NCBI GenBank assembly: GCA_964530135.1
Contig: CAZGXN010000001.1
Span: 68,110 to 132,109 of the forward strand
Length of the DNA: 64,000 nt
Reading direction: 5' to 3'
Origin: an uncultured Bdellovibrionales bacterium
Lineage (GTDB): Bacteria > Patescibacteriota > Minisyncoccia > Moranbacterales > UBA1568
Shown here piece by piece: positions 18,792-27,707 of the stretch. Within the stretch, counting starts at the first letter, position 1. The number at the start of each line of letters is the position of its first letter. The notes beneath the pieces are model-generated. The model ran no database searches. It was not told the origin of the DNA and saw only the letters and a list, made by a program, of their open reading frames with translations. The position numbers were made by a program, and so were the translations under genes.

Positions 18792-19967
18792 CTACGCACG
18801 TTTCTTGAGGAGCGAACGAAGGTACTCATAGTACGCTTCATTTTTTGCCTGGGCAGTTGTATAACGGCCGAGAGCAGTCTCCTGCGCCGCCTGACCCATC
18901 CGTTTCCGCAATTCGGCATCCGTGATGAGCTGGCCGATCCGAGCGACCCATTCCTCCGTCTGTGCTGCAACAAAACCATCCACACCATCAGTGATCGCCT
19001 CGCGGAAAGTACGTGTAGCAGCTGCGACAGTCGGAACCCCGACGATACCAGCCTCAAAAAACTTCAGCTCAGATTTCGATTCACAGAACGGATTGCCGAT
19101 CTCAAGCGGTGCAAGGTTGATGTCGAGTGCAGCGATATTTTGAAACAACTCACGCCGCGGAACAAAAGGGAGTCGCTCGATCCGGTCCGCATAAGACTGC
19201 AATCGGTCATCAGTATCGAGCGGACCAGCGAGGACCAGTCGCATCTGAGGATACTTTTCAAAAAGTACAATGAGCGCATCGGAAAGAGTCGCAAAATCCT
19301 TGTTATGACTCGGTGTACCAGAGAGATAGCCCACCCGAATGGTATCGTGTGCTTCCCGATGTTTCACAGCATTCGCCCAAAGAACATCCTGTTTCGACAG
19401 CCGATTTGGGACGAGATAGACAGTCTTCCCTCTTTCCCGAAGCTTGTCGGCGAGGAAGCTGGTCGTTGTCGTCGCAACGGTTACAGACGGATCAGCGAGG
19501 ATCTCACCGCCAACGCCATGCTCATACAACTTGCGTTCGAGCGGATTCATCTGATGCCAATAATCCATGTGGATGAGAAAGGCTGGGTCATAGACCAGGT
19601 CATCCGTTTCAAAGATCATGATCTTTCCCAGCGCCTTCAGCCGTTCAATAAGTCGCGCGACTGTTGGAGTCATCAATACCCGATGCCAGACAAAAACCTG
19701 GAAGTCTTCTGCTGAACGAATGAGCCGAGGATTATCCTGAACTGTAACCGATGCTTGGAAGCCCTTCATTCGGAGCTCTTCGGCGACATGTGTCGTACGG
19801 TAACGGGCACTATCCCCCACGCCGCCTGAAATAAAGAGGATATCCCCTGGTTCGATGCGTGCAAACAGTGCTCCCAACGCCCCCCCGACGCGTCGTCCGC
19901 CACGCATGATACCCTCGCGCCGAATGACACTCCATGCTTTTCCAATTTTAATCAGCAGAGTTTTCAT
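18792..19967 (-). CDS. Glycosyltransferase (GT-B; GT4-like C-terminal domain)
   Basis: C-terminal ...FEAGIVGVPTVAAATRTFREAITDGVDGF... Confidence 0.7.
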   Translation of the reverse strand: MKTLLIKIGKAWSVIRREGIMRGGRRVGGALGALFARIEPGDILFISGGVGDSARYRTTHVAEELRMKGFQASVTVQDNPRLIRSAEDFQVFVWHRVLMTPTVARLIERLKALGKIMIFETDDLVYDPAFLIHMDYWHQMNPLERKLYEHGVGGEILADPSVTVATTTTSFLADKLRERGKTVYLVPNRLSKQDVLWANAVKHREAHDTIRVGYLSGTPSHNKDFATLSDALIVLFEKYPQMRLVLAGPLDTDDRLQSYADRIERLPFVPRRELFQNIAALDINLAPLEIGNPFCESKSELKFFEAGIVGVPTVAAATRTFREAITDGVDGFVAAQTEEWVARIGQLITDAELRKRMGQAAQETALGRYTTAQAKNEAYYEYLRSLLKKRA

Positions 19968-21175
19968 AAGGCAAGCATTTCCCGATAGACACTTTCGAGG
20001 ATTTCACCAGTTCTGTCCCAAGAAAATTTTTCTTTCGCTCGCGTGCGATTTGCTTCGCCCTTGCGCCGACGCAATTCCGGATCACGCAACAGTCGTAGGA
20101 CTGCATCCGCCAATCCAGTCCCCGATATTTCGCGTGCGTATTCGCCACCATCAGCGAGATATTCGCGATTATTTTCAGTATCAAAACAAGCGACTGGCAA
20201 ACCCGCCCCCATGTACTGAAGCATTTTCCCACTCGCCTGACCGACACCCTCCTCCTTCGGATCAATCCCGACATCGCTCATCGCGAGAATTTCGCGGAGT
20301 GAAAAATACGGCAAGGGCGTGATCGGTGTTACCCGATCCATCCAGCTTTTCCCCTCGAAATACGGGGCGACTTCATTCCAGGGAAAACCTGCGACCACAA
20401 CATGTGCACGCGGATCACCCGCGAGGATACGTGGAATCGCATGCACAAAGTGACGAATACCTTTATTAGCGACGAGCGCACCCGTATAGGTAACAACGAG
20501 TGCTGTCTCGGAAATTCCGTATTTTTTCCGCAACGCCGCCCGGGGAATATTGACTATGTCATCCTGGTCCGTTCCGACACCATCCAGTACCGTTACAGGC
20601 GCATTCTTCTGTCGAAGCGCAGCAATCTCTTTCGTATTTTTCCATGAACTCGTTACCGCTCGATCACCGAGATTATCAATGACTCGTTCTATCCGCTCAA
20701 AGATGTGACGGAGCGGCCCCGTCCTGAGATACGCATGCGAGACCATCTCTTTCGTCAGGCTGCCGTGAAAATCCGCAATGAGCGATATGTTCCGCCAAAA
20801 CAAAGCTTTCTGCACAATCCACCCAATGAGTACGCCTTCATGCAAATGCCCATGCAAAATATCTGGCCGCGTTGTCCGTGCCAGAAAAAAAACTTTCCGG
20901 ATCAGCATCAGATCGAGAATGATCTTTTGCCAGTCAGGACCAGCTTCAAGCTTTTTGTACCAAAAAAGCAGGCGCCGGATACGCCGTACCTCAACCTTGG
21001 CAGCGAGCGATGTGGGAAGATCCTGGCCAATATGATAGGTCGCAATCGTTACGGAAAAACCGCGCCGAGTGAGCGCCAAAGCCTCCTCTAAAATACGAAT
21101 ATGCGTCCCCCGATCCGAAAAAAACGGAGTTGGCGCGATCATGAGGACTTTTTTTGATGTTCCGGTTCCGGGCAT
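19964..21175 (-). CDS. Glycosyltransferase family 4
   Basis: KVLMIAPTPFFSDRGTHIRI N-terminus and a GT4 C-terminal domain. Confidence 0.8.
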   Translation of the reverse strand: MPGTGTSKKVLMIAPTPFFSDRGTHIRILEEALALTRRGFSVTIATYHIGQDLPTSLAAKVEVRRIRRLLFWYKKLEAGPDWQKIILDLMLIRKVFFLARTTRPDILHGHLHEGVLIGWIVQKALFWRNISLIADFHGSLTKEMVSHAYLRTGPLRHIFERIERVIDNLGDRAVTSSWKNTKEIAALRQKNAPVTVLDGVGTDQDDIVNIPRAALRKKYGISETALVVTYTGALVANKGIRHFVHAIPRILAGDPRAHVVVAGFPWNEVAPYFEGKSWMDRVTPITPLPYFSLREILAMSDVGIDPKEEGVGQASGKMLQYMGAGLPVACFDTENNREYLADGGEYAREISGTGLADAVLRLLRDPELRRRKGEANRTRAKEKFSWDRTGEILESVYREMLAL

Positions 21176-21430
21176 AGGTCCCTATCAGTATACTCTAGGA
21201 AGAAGTCTGGAAAAAATGAGTGTCTTATTGTAACACGAAACACTTCGTAAAATCTGAAGATTACTCGAGAGCATAGGGCTGATACATCCCTGAATTCATA
21301 CCAATTTAAAAAACCAAAAAATATTCCGCTAATCAGACACGGCCACAATGAAGCAAAAACCCATCAAATTCAATGCGGTAGTCAGGATATGGGGATAGGC
21401 TTCTTTCAGAGCACAAAAAGATATGCGGGC

Positions 21431-22492
21431 TTATCTCAGATTTTCATTGAAAAAATCAAGTGAGCGACGCATCACCAGTGGCCACGCCACAGCAAATTCA
21501 TGAGGCTCGCCTGGATATGCAAAGAAAGTTACTGCTTTGCCGGCTGACTGCAATGCATCCCTCGTTTCATACGACCATGCAACAGGCACATCAGTATCAC
21601 CAGTCCCATGATGAATCAGTATCGGATCATCAATGTTGTCAAAGTAAGTCGCTGAGGAAAAAGCACGAAAATTATTCATATCGTTCACAATGCCTATTTC
21701 ACTTTCGATGGCTGAATGATCTGCTGGCGATATATCGTCTTTTCTCCAACGCAAAAAGTTCTTTTGATAATCAGAGCTGACTGGGGCAAATAACACCGCA
21801 GCATCTATGAGTTCGGGACGGGCAATGAGCGCATTCATGGTGACACCACCCCCCATCGAATGTCCCAACATCCCAACCTTCTCAATATTCACAAAGGAAA
21901 GCTGAGATTTTTTGAGCGCGACGATCGCATTCACGACATCAGTGGTGTATCCGGAATACGCTAGTCCTCGTTCATCGGAAGCTTCGGGGTCGAGATCTGA
22001 CTGGGCATGTCCCCGATAATCAGGGTGAATAACGATATATCCATTTCTTGCGAAATAGTCTTGCTCTCTCTTCAGTCCCCGGCCATTGGTGTAGACAGCC
22101 GGATCAATATATCCATGATTCAGAATGAGAACGGGAAACGGCCCCTCACCAACAGGAACATTCATTATCCCAGAAATAGTAAGTCCGTCGCTTTTATAGG
22201 ATATGAAATATCTCGTGTAGGAGGTATCGCGAGCGAGAACATTGCCCACAGTAAATTCACTCCCATCAAATTCCTTATGTATCAAGTTAAAAACTGAATT
22301 CCGATGATTTTCATTTCTTATTGAACCAGCTGCGTCTTCGTTGGGCTTTTCGCTCGCGTCGTTAGCAGTTCTTGGCAATGATTCAGGAGATATTTCTTGC
22401 ATGCGATTTACTCGATCCTTGAACAGCAGACTATACATCCCAAAAGAAACGAGGGTGATGACTAAGAGTAGAATGATGCCACTTTTTTTCAT
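21431..22492 (-). CDS. Alpha/beta hydrolase (S9 prolyl-oligopeptidase/dienelactone-hydrolase-like), membrane-anchored
   Basis: Nucleophile elbow GHSMGG, an N-terminal TM helix, and a probable catalytic His in the C-terminal HGTGD segment. Confidence 0.75.
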   Translation of the reverse strand: MKKSGIILLLVITLVSFGMYSLLFKDRVNRMQEISPESLPRTANDASEKPNEDAAGSIRNENHRNSVFNLIHKEFDGSEFTVGNVLARDTSYTRYFISYKSDGLTISGIMNVPVGEGPFPVLILNHGYIDPAVYTNGRGLKREQDYFARNGYIVIHPDYRGHAQSDLDPEASDERGLAYSGYTTDVVNAIVALKKSQLSFVNIEKVGMLGHSMGGGVTMNALIARPELIDAAVLFAPVSSDYQKNFLRWRKDDISPADHSAIESEIGIVNDMNNFRAFSSATYFDNIDDPILIHHGTGDTDVPVAWSYETRDALQSAGKAVTFFAYPGEPHEFAVAWPLVMRRSLDFFNENLR

Positions 22493-22656
22493 ATCTCAAT
22501 ACTCGTCACGAATACCACTATGCTTGTTACTCATATTTTTTTCTTACTGAAGCATTTCTATCCACACTGACATATTACTCATAACGCAGGACCTCCAATG
22601 GTGAACAAGTGGCTATTTAGGGCTTCTTGAGAGGTCTAGAGCCAATTCATTTAGGC

Positions 22657-22692
22657 TCTCGGGTCACCCTCGATACTATGTGCTTGATGCGG
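22657..22692. repeat. Direct repeat copy A (approx. 36 bp, about 87% identical to copy B at 23211-23246)
   Basis: ctcgggtcaccctcgatactatgtgcttgatgcggtgg compared with ctcgggtcaccatcgatactgcgggcttgatgcggaga. Confidence 0.6.
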
Positions 22693-22800
22693 TGGGTAGT
22701 AGATGACATTAGAACCTATTGGAGTATATCCTCTAACTTCTTTTATATATCTAATCTTTCTTTAGAAAAAGCTGAAATCTCTAGTTAACTAGTTTTGAGC

Positions 22801-23145
22801 TCATCTTTCCCAAACTTCGAGAGGATAAAGATCATAAGCTATCTCTTCATAAGGATGAACACGCTTCATAGCAGCGATAACATTTCCAACTATCCGAGCA
22901 TCCAGAGTTACCTCAATTCTTTCTTCCTCTACTGATTCAAACTTTCCTACTTCTCCAATGTGAGGACTAGCACCTTGTTCTGGCTTAAAACGCCCAATAC
23001 CCTTAGAAGTAAAGCTACAAAATGTATATTTCCCAAGCTTTCCTCCACCCGCCTCACCGATAGCTTGACGAACAGCATCGGCGTTTTCGCTAGGTACATA
23101 TACCACTAGCTTGTACCTTAAAGATCCTTGTTCCATACCTATCAC
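22801..23145 (-). CDS. Small protein with a Nif3/YqfO-like C-terminal motif (HPYEEIAYDLYPL); hypothetical
   Basis: 114 aa with a ferredoxin/PII-like pattern. It is flanked by the two direct repeats. Confidence 0.45.
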   Translation of the reverse strand: MIGMEQGSLRYKLVVYVPSENADAVRQAIGEAGGGKLGKYTFCSFTSKGIGRFKPEQGASPHIGEVGKFESVEEERIEVTLDARIVGNVIAAMKRVHPYEEIAYDLYPLEVWER

Positions 23146-23210
23146 ATTAAAAGTTAGGGATAAATAATGGATGGACTGGCTACTTTCTTCTTAACAGAAT
23201 CATTACGGGT

Positions 23211-23246
23211 ACTCGGGTCACCATCGATACTGCGGGCTTGATGCGG
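23211..23246. repeat. Direct repeat copy B, abutting the 3' end of tRNA-Ser
   Basis: See copy A. The last 3 nt overlap the tRNA discriminator region. Confidence 0.6.
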
Positions 23247-23330
23247 AGAGGGAGGGATTCGAACCCTCGAGGGAGATTAATCCCCGCCACGTTAGCAGTG
23301 TGGTGCCTTAAGCCACTCGGCCACCTCTCC
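23244..23330 (-). tRNA. tRNA-Ser (anticodon GCU), 87 nt with a long variable arm; CCA not encoded
   Basis: The reverse complement reads GGAGAGGTGGCCGAGTGG...ACTGCTAA(anticodon loop, GCT)...long variable arm...GGTTCGAATCCCTCCCTCTCCG. The 7-bp acceptor stem GGAGAGG/CCTCTCC has discriminator G. Confidence 0.85.
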
Positions 23331-23450
23331 AAAATTGCGCTTACTGTAGCATATCCTGGATGAGCGCTCAAGCAAAGGCCTCGACCAGTGATACTCGCAC
23401 CCTTCGACAGTCCGGGTTCTTTCCTTTACACTACTGAACAGTAAGCTTTA

Positions 23451-24173
23451 ATGATATTCCCTATGGAAACCTCCGGAGCCAAAGCCGTATCACTGCCGAC
23501 TGAAACCACCCCACCTGTCAAAATCGAACGGCCGACGATTCGGATCAGTCACCGAACGCTCTTCTTTATATTTCTCGCCCTGTTCATACTCGGAAGTGCC
23601 TACGGCTACCGAAGCCTGTTTGTCGCCGCGACTATCGACGGGCAGCCGGTGAGTCGACTCGCTGTCATCCAGCGTTTGGAAAAGGAGGGTGGTGAGCGAG
23701 TACTCAACACTATCATCACCGAACGATTGATCGCGACGGCGGCTGCCCAGGCCAATATCACCATCACCGATGCTGATATCGATGCAGCCCTCGAGACCAT
23801 CAAGGCGCAAGTAGCGACGCAAGGCGTACCCTTTGAAAACATACTCGCAGAACAAGGCTTGACACTCGAGGATGTCCGTCAGCAATTAATGACCCGTAAA
23901 CAGCTTGAGAAACTGCTCGGCGATGCCACCGTGGTTACCGATGCTGATATTGATGAATACCTGAAGCAGGCAAAACTCTCGACACCGAAAAACATGAGTG
24001 AGGCAGACTTCCGAAGCAAGATTTCGGAACAACTCGCGAGTCAAAAATTTGGATCAGCGGCTGATCGATGGATTACAGAGGCCCGCCAAAAAGCAGACAT
24101 TCGCTACTCTGTCGGATATGGCAAGGCCCCGCAAACCGTTCCAGCTGAGGAAAACCCCGCCCCGAGCCTGTAA
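23451..24173 (+). CDS. SurA N-terminal domain-containing periplasmic chaperone-like protein, membrane-anchored
   Basis: TM anchor, then ATIDGQPVSRLAVIQRLEKEGGERVLNTIITERLI (SurA_N-like). There is no PPIase domain. Confidence 0.6.
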   Translation: MIFPMETSGAKAVSLPTETTPPVKIERPTIRISHRTLFFIFLALFILGSAYGYRSLFVAATIDGQPVSRLAVIQRLEKEGGERVLNTIITERLIATAAAQANITITDADIDAALETIKAQVATQGVPFENILAEQGLTLEDVRQQLMTRKQLEKLLGDATVVTDADIDEYLKQAKLSTPKNMSEADFRSKISEQLASQKFGSAADRWITEARQKADIRYSVGYGKAPQTVPAEENPAPSL

Positions 24174-24324
24174 AAACTTACTGTTCTCCCCTGCCGGCTA
24201 CTTATATCAAAGACTGCGGGCACCAGCGGATAAAAGAAAAACAGCGGGCAAAGTCCGAGAGACTGAGTCCGCTGCTGTGGAGTGCTATTGCACCGCTTTT
24301 TTATCCGAATCCGATTGTCACGCT

Positions 24325-25422
24325 TCAGACACTCACCACTCGAAGCTGCGCGAGACGCCGAGCAAAACCTTGAAGCGCCACGGATGTACTTCGTTGAGCT
24401 TCAGCGTGCCAGGTACGCAGACTCGCGAGGAGTTCACTTTCTGATTGCCGCTCTTCCCAGAGGGCGATGAGCCGCGCACGGAGCCCCTTCCAATCAATGG
24501 GTTCGGTAGCATATCGATCCGCGAGAAGATTGAATCGTGAGAGCACTTCAAAACGAAGCGTCTGGATGGCTCGAAGCGTTTCGGCATCGCAGGCCACTTT
24601 CGACGAATCATAGGCTGCCCGCGGCGCCCGATGCTTCACGGTCGCGAGACCGAGCCAACCAAGAAGAGTGATCACGCCCCAGCCGATGTCGAACTCGAAC
24701 CAGCGGTGCGAAAACTTGGCCGATGTAGCATAGGCATGGTGATTGTTATGAAGCTCTTCCCCACCGATCCAGACAGCCAAGGCAAAGAATGGCACCGTGT
24801 TTCGACTATTGTCAGGTGTCGAATAATTGCGGTATCCAAACCAATGGCCGAGGCCGTTGATGACCGCGGCCGCCCAGAACGGAATCCAGAGCACATGAGC
24901 GAGCGCAATGACGAGTCCCGGAATGACGCCGAAGAGCCCGCAGGCCGTGAAGAACCCGAGGACGACGCCCGAGATCGGATGCGCCGCGTACACCTGGCGC
25001 TCGAGCCAGTCGTCTGGCGTACCGCGGCTGTAGTACGTGAGTTCAGTCACTTTCGCGTCCAACCGCGCAGTCGTTTTTTTCATGCGGGCTGCTTCCCGGA
25101 CATATTCGATGACGCCGAACGGGAAGATTCGCCAGATCCCCTTCGTGACGGGGCTGTGGGGATCGCCGGGGCGGTCCGAAAACGCATGGTGCTTGCGGTG
25201 GATGGCGACCCACTCGCGGGTCACCATACCGGTCGTGAACCAAAGCCAGAAGCGGAAGACGTGCTCCACTGCCGGATGGAAAACAACCGCGCTGTGCGCC
25301 TGGGAGCGGTGCAGGTAAAGCGTTACCGCCATGATAGTGAGCTGTACCGATGCAAGACTGCTGAACCCATATGCTCTGAGGGAGAGCTCACCAAAGAGCC
25401 CATAATGAATCAGTGTATCCAT
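24325..25422 (-). CDS. Membrane fatty-acid (acyl-lipid/acyl-CoA delta-9-type) desaturase with an approx. 100-aa C-terminal extension
   Basis: Histidine boxes HRKHH and HNNHH, plus a hydrophobic N-terminal half. Confidence 0.75.
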   Translation of the reverse strand: MDTLIHYGLFGELSLRAYGFSSLASVQLTIMAVTLYLHRSQAHSAVVFHPAVEHVFRFWLWFTTGMVTREWVAIHRKHHAFSDRPGDPHSPVTKGIWRIFPFGVIEYVREAARMKKTTARLDAKVTELTYYSRGTPDDWLERQVYAAHPISGVVLGFFTACGLFGVIPGLVIALAHVLWIPFWAAAVINGLGHWFGYRNYSTPDNSRNTVPFFALAVWIGGEELHNNHHAYATSAKFSHRWFEFDIGWGVITLLGWLGLATVKHRAPRAAYDSSKVACDAETLRAIQTLRFEVLSRFNLLADRYATEPIDWKGLRARLIALWEERQSESELLASLRTWHAEAQRSTSVALQGFARRLAQLRVVSV

Positions 25423-25562
25423 GACACTTCGTCCTTTCTGAAATTGAGGAAGATTGCCGCATTGTTAAAAAGCTGAACCCATTATAAGCGTTTTCCAAAG
25501 ATATGCCAGGGGGTACACGCAAACACCCCCTCTCAGAGAGGGTGTGTGATGTGTAAAGAAGT

Positions 25563-26198
25563 TTACTTCACGAATTCCACGACTGCATCAAAGTCGCGAC
25601 GAACTTTTGGGTACTCTGCGGCTGGATCGGCACCGCGATACCCGAGCGCGAGCAAGCTCACCGAAGCGAGGTGTTTATCAGCTAGACCAAGAACTTCATC
25701 GACACCCTTTGCATCAAAGCCTTCCATAGCTGCATTGTCGATGCCAAGAAGCGAGGCTGTTTCCATCATCATGCCGAGTGCGATATATGCCTGGCGTGCA
25801 TTCCAATTCTCGAGACTCGCATCATCCTGACCAGCAATAACACCTTCGAGCATCTCTTTGAAGCCAGCCAATGAGTCAATCTCTTGATTTCGGATCTGTG
25901 CGGTCCGTTCGAGACGCTCGCGAACAAGACTTTCACGCGCATCCGTTCGCCGTGCGAGGACGATGAGATGTGAAGCCTCAGTTACCTTTGACTGACCATA
26001 GCTGGCCGTTTTCAATTTTTCGCGCAATTCAGGATTTTCGACGACGATGAACTTCCACGGTTCGAGTCCAAATGAGCTTGGAGCCAAACGACCACTCTCG
26101 AGGATAGTTCGAAGATCTGTCGCTGTGACCCGCTTGGTCGGATCAAAGGCCTGCACGGCATAGCGCCACCGGAGAGCCTGTATGATTTTCTCTTGCAT
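25563..26198 (-). CDS. Nitroreductase family protein (NfsB/NfnB-like)
   Basis: RYAVQAFDP...SSFGLEPWKFIVV... nitroreductase motifs. Confidence 0.8.
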   Translation of the reverse strand: MQEKIIQALRWRYAVQAFDPTKRVTATDLRTILESGRLAPSSFGLEPWKFIVVENPELREKLKTASYGQSKVTEASHLIVLARRTDARESLVRERLERTAQIRNQEIDSLAGFKEMLEGVIAGQDDASLENWNARQAYIALGMMMETASLLGIDNAAMEGFDAKGVDEVLGLADKHLASVSLLALGYRGADPAAEYPKVRRDFDAVVEFVK

Positions 26199-26279
26199 AT
26201 AGTGTAGAATATGATTAGAATGCTTAATACTTTACATAGTATAGCACTATATAAAGTATAGTACAATCTCTGTCTTTGT

Positions 26280-26618
26280 ATGCGTCAAGGCCACACGAAC
26301 AAATCAGCCTCGACTGATTGCCCCAGACAAGCGTTGGAGATATTTGGTGATGTCCAGATACTCTCAATCATCGACACGCTTGCGGAGGGCGAAATGCGGT
26401 ACTGCGAGCTCCAACGGGCACTCGGGAATATGAACCCCGTCACACTCGCCCGAAGACTCCGAAAGTTAGAGCGTGAAAATATCCTCGAACGCCGAGAAGC
26501 AATGATGGATAAACTCTCTGTCAGTTATCGACTCAAAACCAAGGGCAAGCAGATGCTCCCCGTCCTTCGCAGTATCAAAACCTTCGCCAAAAAGCATTTG
26601 ACGGCGCCGACTTTATGA
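26280..26618 (+). CDS. HxlR-family winged-helix transcriptional regulator
   Basis: Core LSIIDTLAEGEMRYCELQRALGNMNPVTLARRLRKLE. The gene is divergent from the nitroreductase, which is the usual HxlR arrangement. Confidence 0.8.
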   Translation: MRQGHTNKSASTDCPRQALEIFGDVQILSIIDTLAEGEMRYCELQRALGNMNPVTLARRLRKLERENILERREAMMDKLSVSYRLKTKGKQMLPVLRSIKTFAKKHLTAPTL

Positions 26619-27202
26619 TCCAAACATCATCCAGAATTAAAACACTCCCCCGCTGCCATTGGGTGCCGATGGGTCATACACTCTATGAGCACTATCATGA
26701 TACTGAATGGGGTGTGCCCGTACACGATGATCAGATATTTTTTGAATTTCTCATTCTCGAAAGTGCCCAGGCGGGACTGTCTTGGAAGACAATACTGCAG
26801 CGGCGTGAAGGATATCGAAAAGCCTTCGCTGGTTTCGACGCCAAAAAAGTCGCGCACTTCACTGCTCGCGATATTGCCCGCCTCATGCGGGATGCCGGCA
26901 TCATCCGGAATCGCCTGAAGATTAATTCAGCCATCAACAATGCCCAGATCTTTCTCGCAATTCAGGAGGAATTCGGCAGTTTCTCGAAATATGTTTGGGG
27001 CTTTGTCGGTGGAAAAGTCCTCCGGTCATCGGGAGGTCCACGCGTAACCAGTTCTGAAGCGACAGCACTCGCCACTGATCTCAAACGCCGCGGCTTCAAA
27101 TGCTTCGGTCCGACCATCGCCTATGCGTTCCTGCAAGCAACCGGCCTCATCGATGATCATGCTTCCGACTGTTTCCGGTATAAGAAAAAATATTTAACCT
27201 AA
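26615..27202 (+). CDS. tag: DNA-3-methyladenine glycosylase I
   Basis: HDTEWGVPVHDD...FEFLILESAQAGLSW...GPTIAYAFLQATGLIDDH. The gene overlaps the HxlR stop by 4 nt. Confidence 0.85.
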   Translation: MIQTSSRIKTLPRCHWVPMGHTLYEHYHDTEWGVPVHDDQIFFEFLILESAQAGLSWKTILQRREGYRKAFAGFDAKKVAHFTARDIARLMRDAGIIRNRLKINSAINNAQIFLAIQEEFGSFSKYVWGFVGGKVLRSSGGPRVTSSEATALATDLKRRGFKCFGPTIAYAFLQATGLIDDHASDCFRYKKKYLT

Positions 27203-27214
27203 TCTCCCAACATC

Positions 27215-27697
27215 ATGGATACTCTCCTCATCATCGGCTCCATTCTCGCCATCGTCGGAATTATTGGCAGCATCATCCCCGCACTCCCAGGACCCATCCT
27301 CAGTTATGGCGCGCTCGTGTTGCTCTATCTCGCCAAAGGGCCCGCGAGCATCTCCCCTGTTTCGCTTGGTATCTTTGGAATTATTCTCATCCTCGTCACG
27401 ATCCTCAGTTATGTCGCACCAATCTGGGGGGCACAATTTTCCGGTGCATCAAAACGGAGCATCTGGGGCGCCATGACAGGGGCTGTCATCGGCCTTCTCT
27501 TTTTCCCTCCCCTCGGGATCTTCCTCGGAGCTTTCCTCGGAGCAGTCATCGGAGAACTCTCAATGGGCAAAGATATGGGTAGTGCCTTGAAAGCCGGCAT
27601 TGGGACACTCCTCGGTTCCATTATGATCATCTTCCTCCAAACTATCTTCGCCATCACCGTAGCCGGATACTACTTTTACCACCTCATCCGCGGCTGA
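27215..27697 (+). CDS. DUF456-family membrane protein
   Basis: Four hydrophobic helices and a GLPG-type pattern typical of DUF456. Confidence 0.55.
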   Translation: MDTLLIIGSILAIVGIIGSIIPALPGPILSYGALVLLYLAKGPASISPVSLGIFGIILILVTILSYVAPIWGAQFSGASKRSIWGAMTGAVIGLLFFPPLGIFLGAFLGAVIGELSMGKDMGSALKAGIGTLLGSIMIIFLQTIFAITVAGYYFYHLIRG

Positions 27698-27707
27698 TCC
27701 CATCACT

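Noticed and set aside
19140-19715. 191-aa plus-strand track ORF
   Set aside because: It lies entirely inside the minus-strand glycosyltransferase 18792-19967 and has no motifs.
24174-24324. RNase P RNA-like motif (gcaaagtccgagag)
   Set aside because: It only partially resembles the P4 consensus (AGGAAAGTCCGGGCTCC), and the flanking sequence lacks the remaining conserved regions. It is more likely a weak terminator region between convergent genes.
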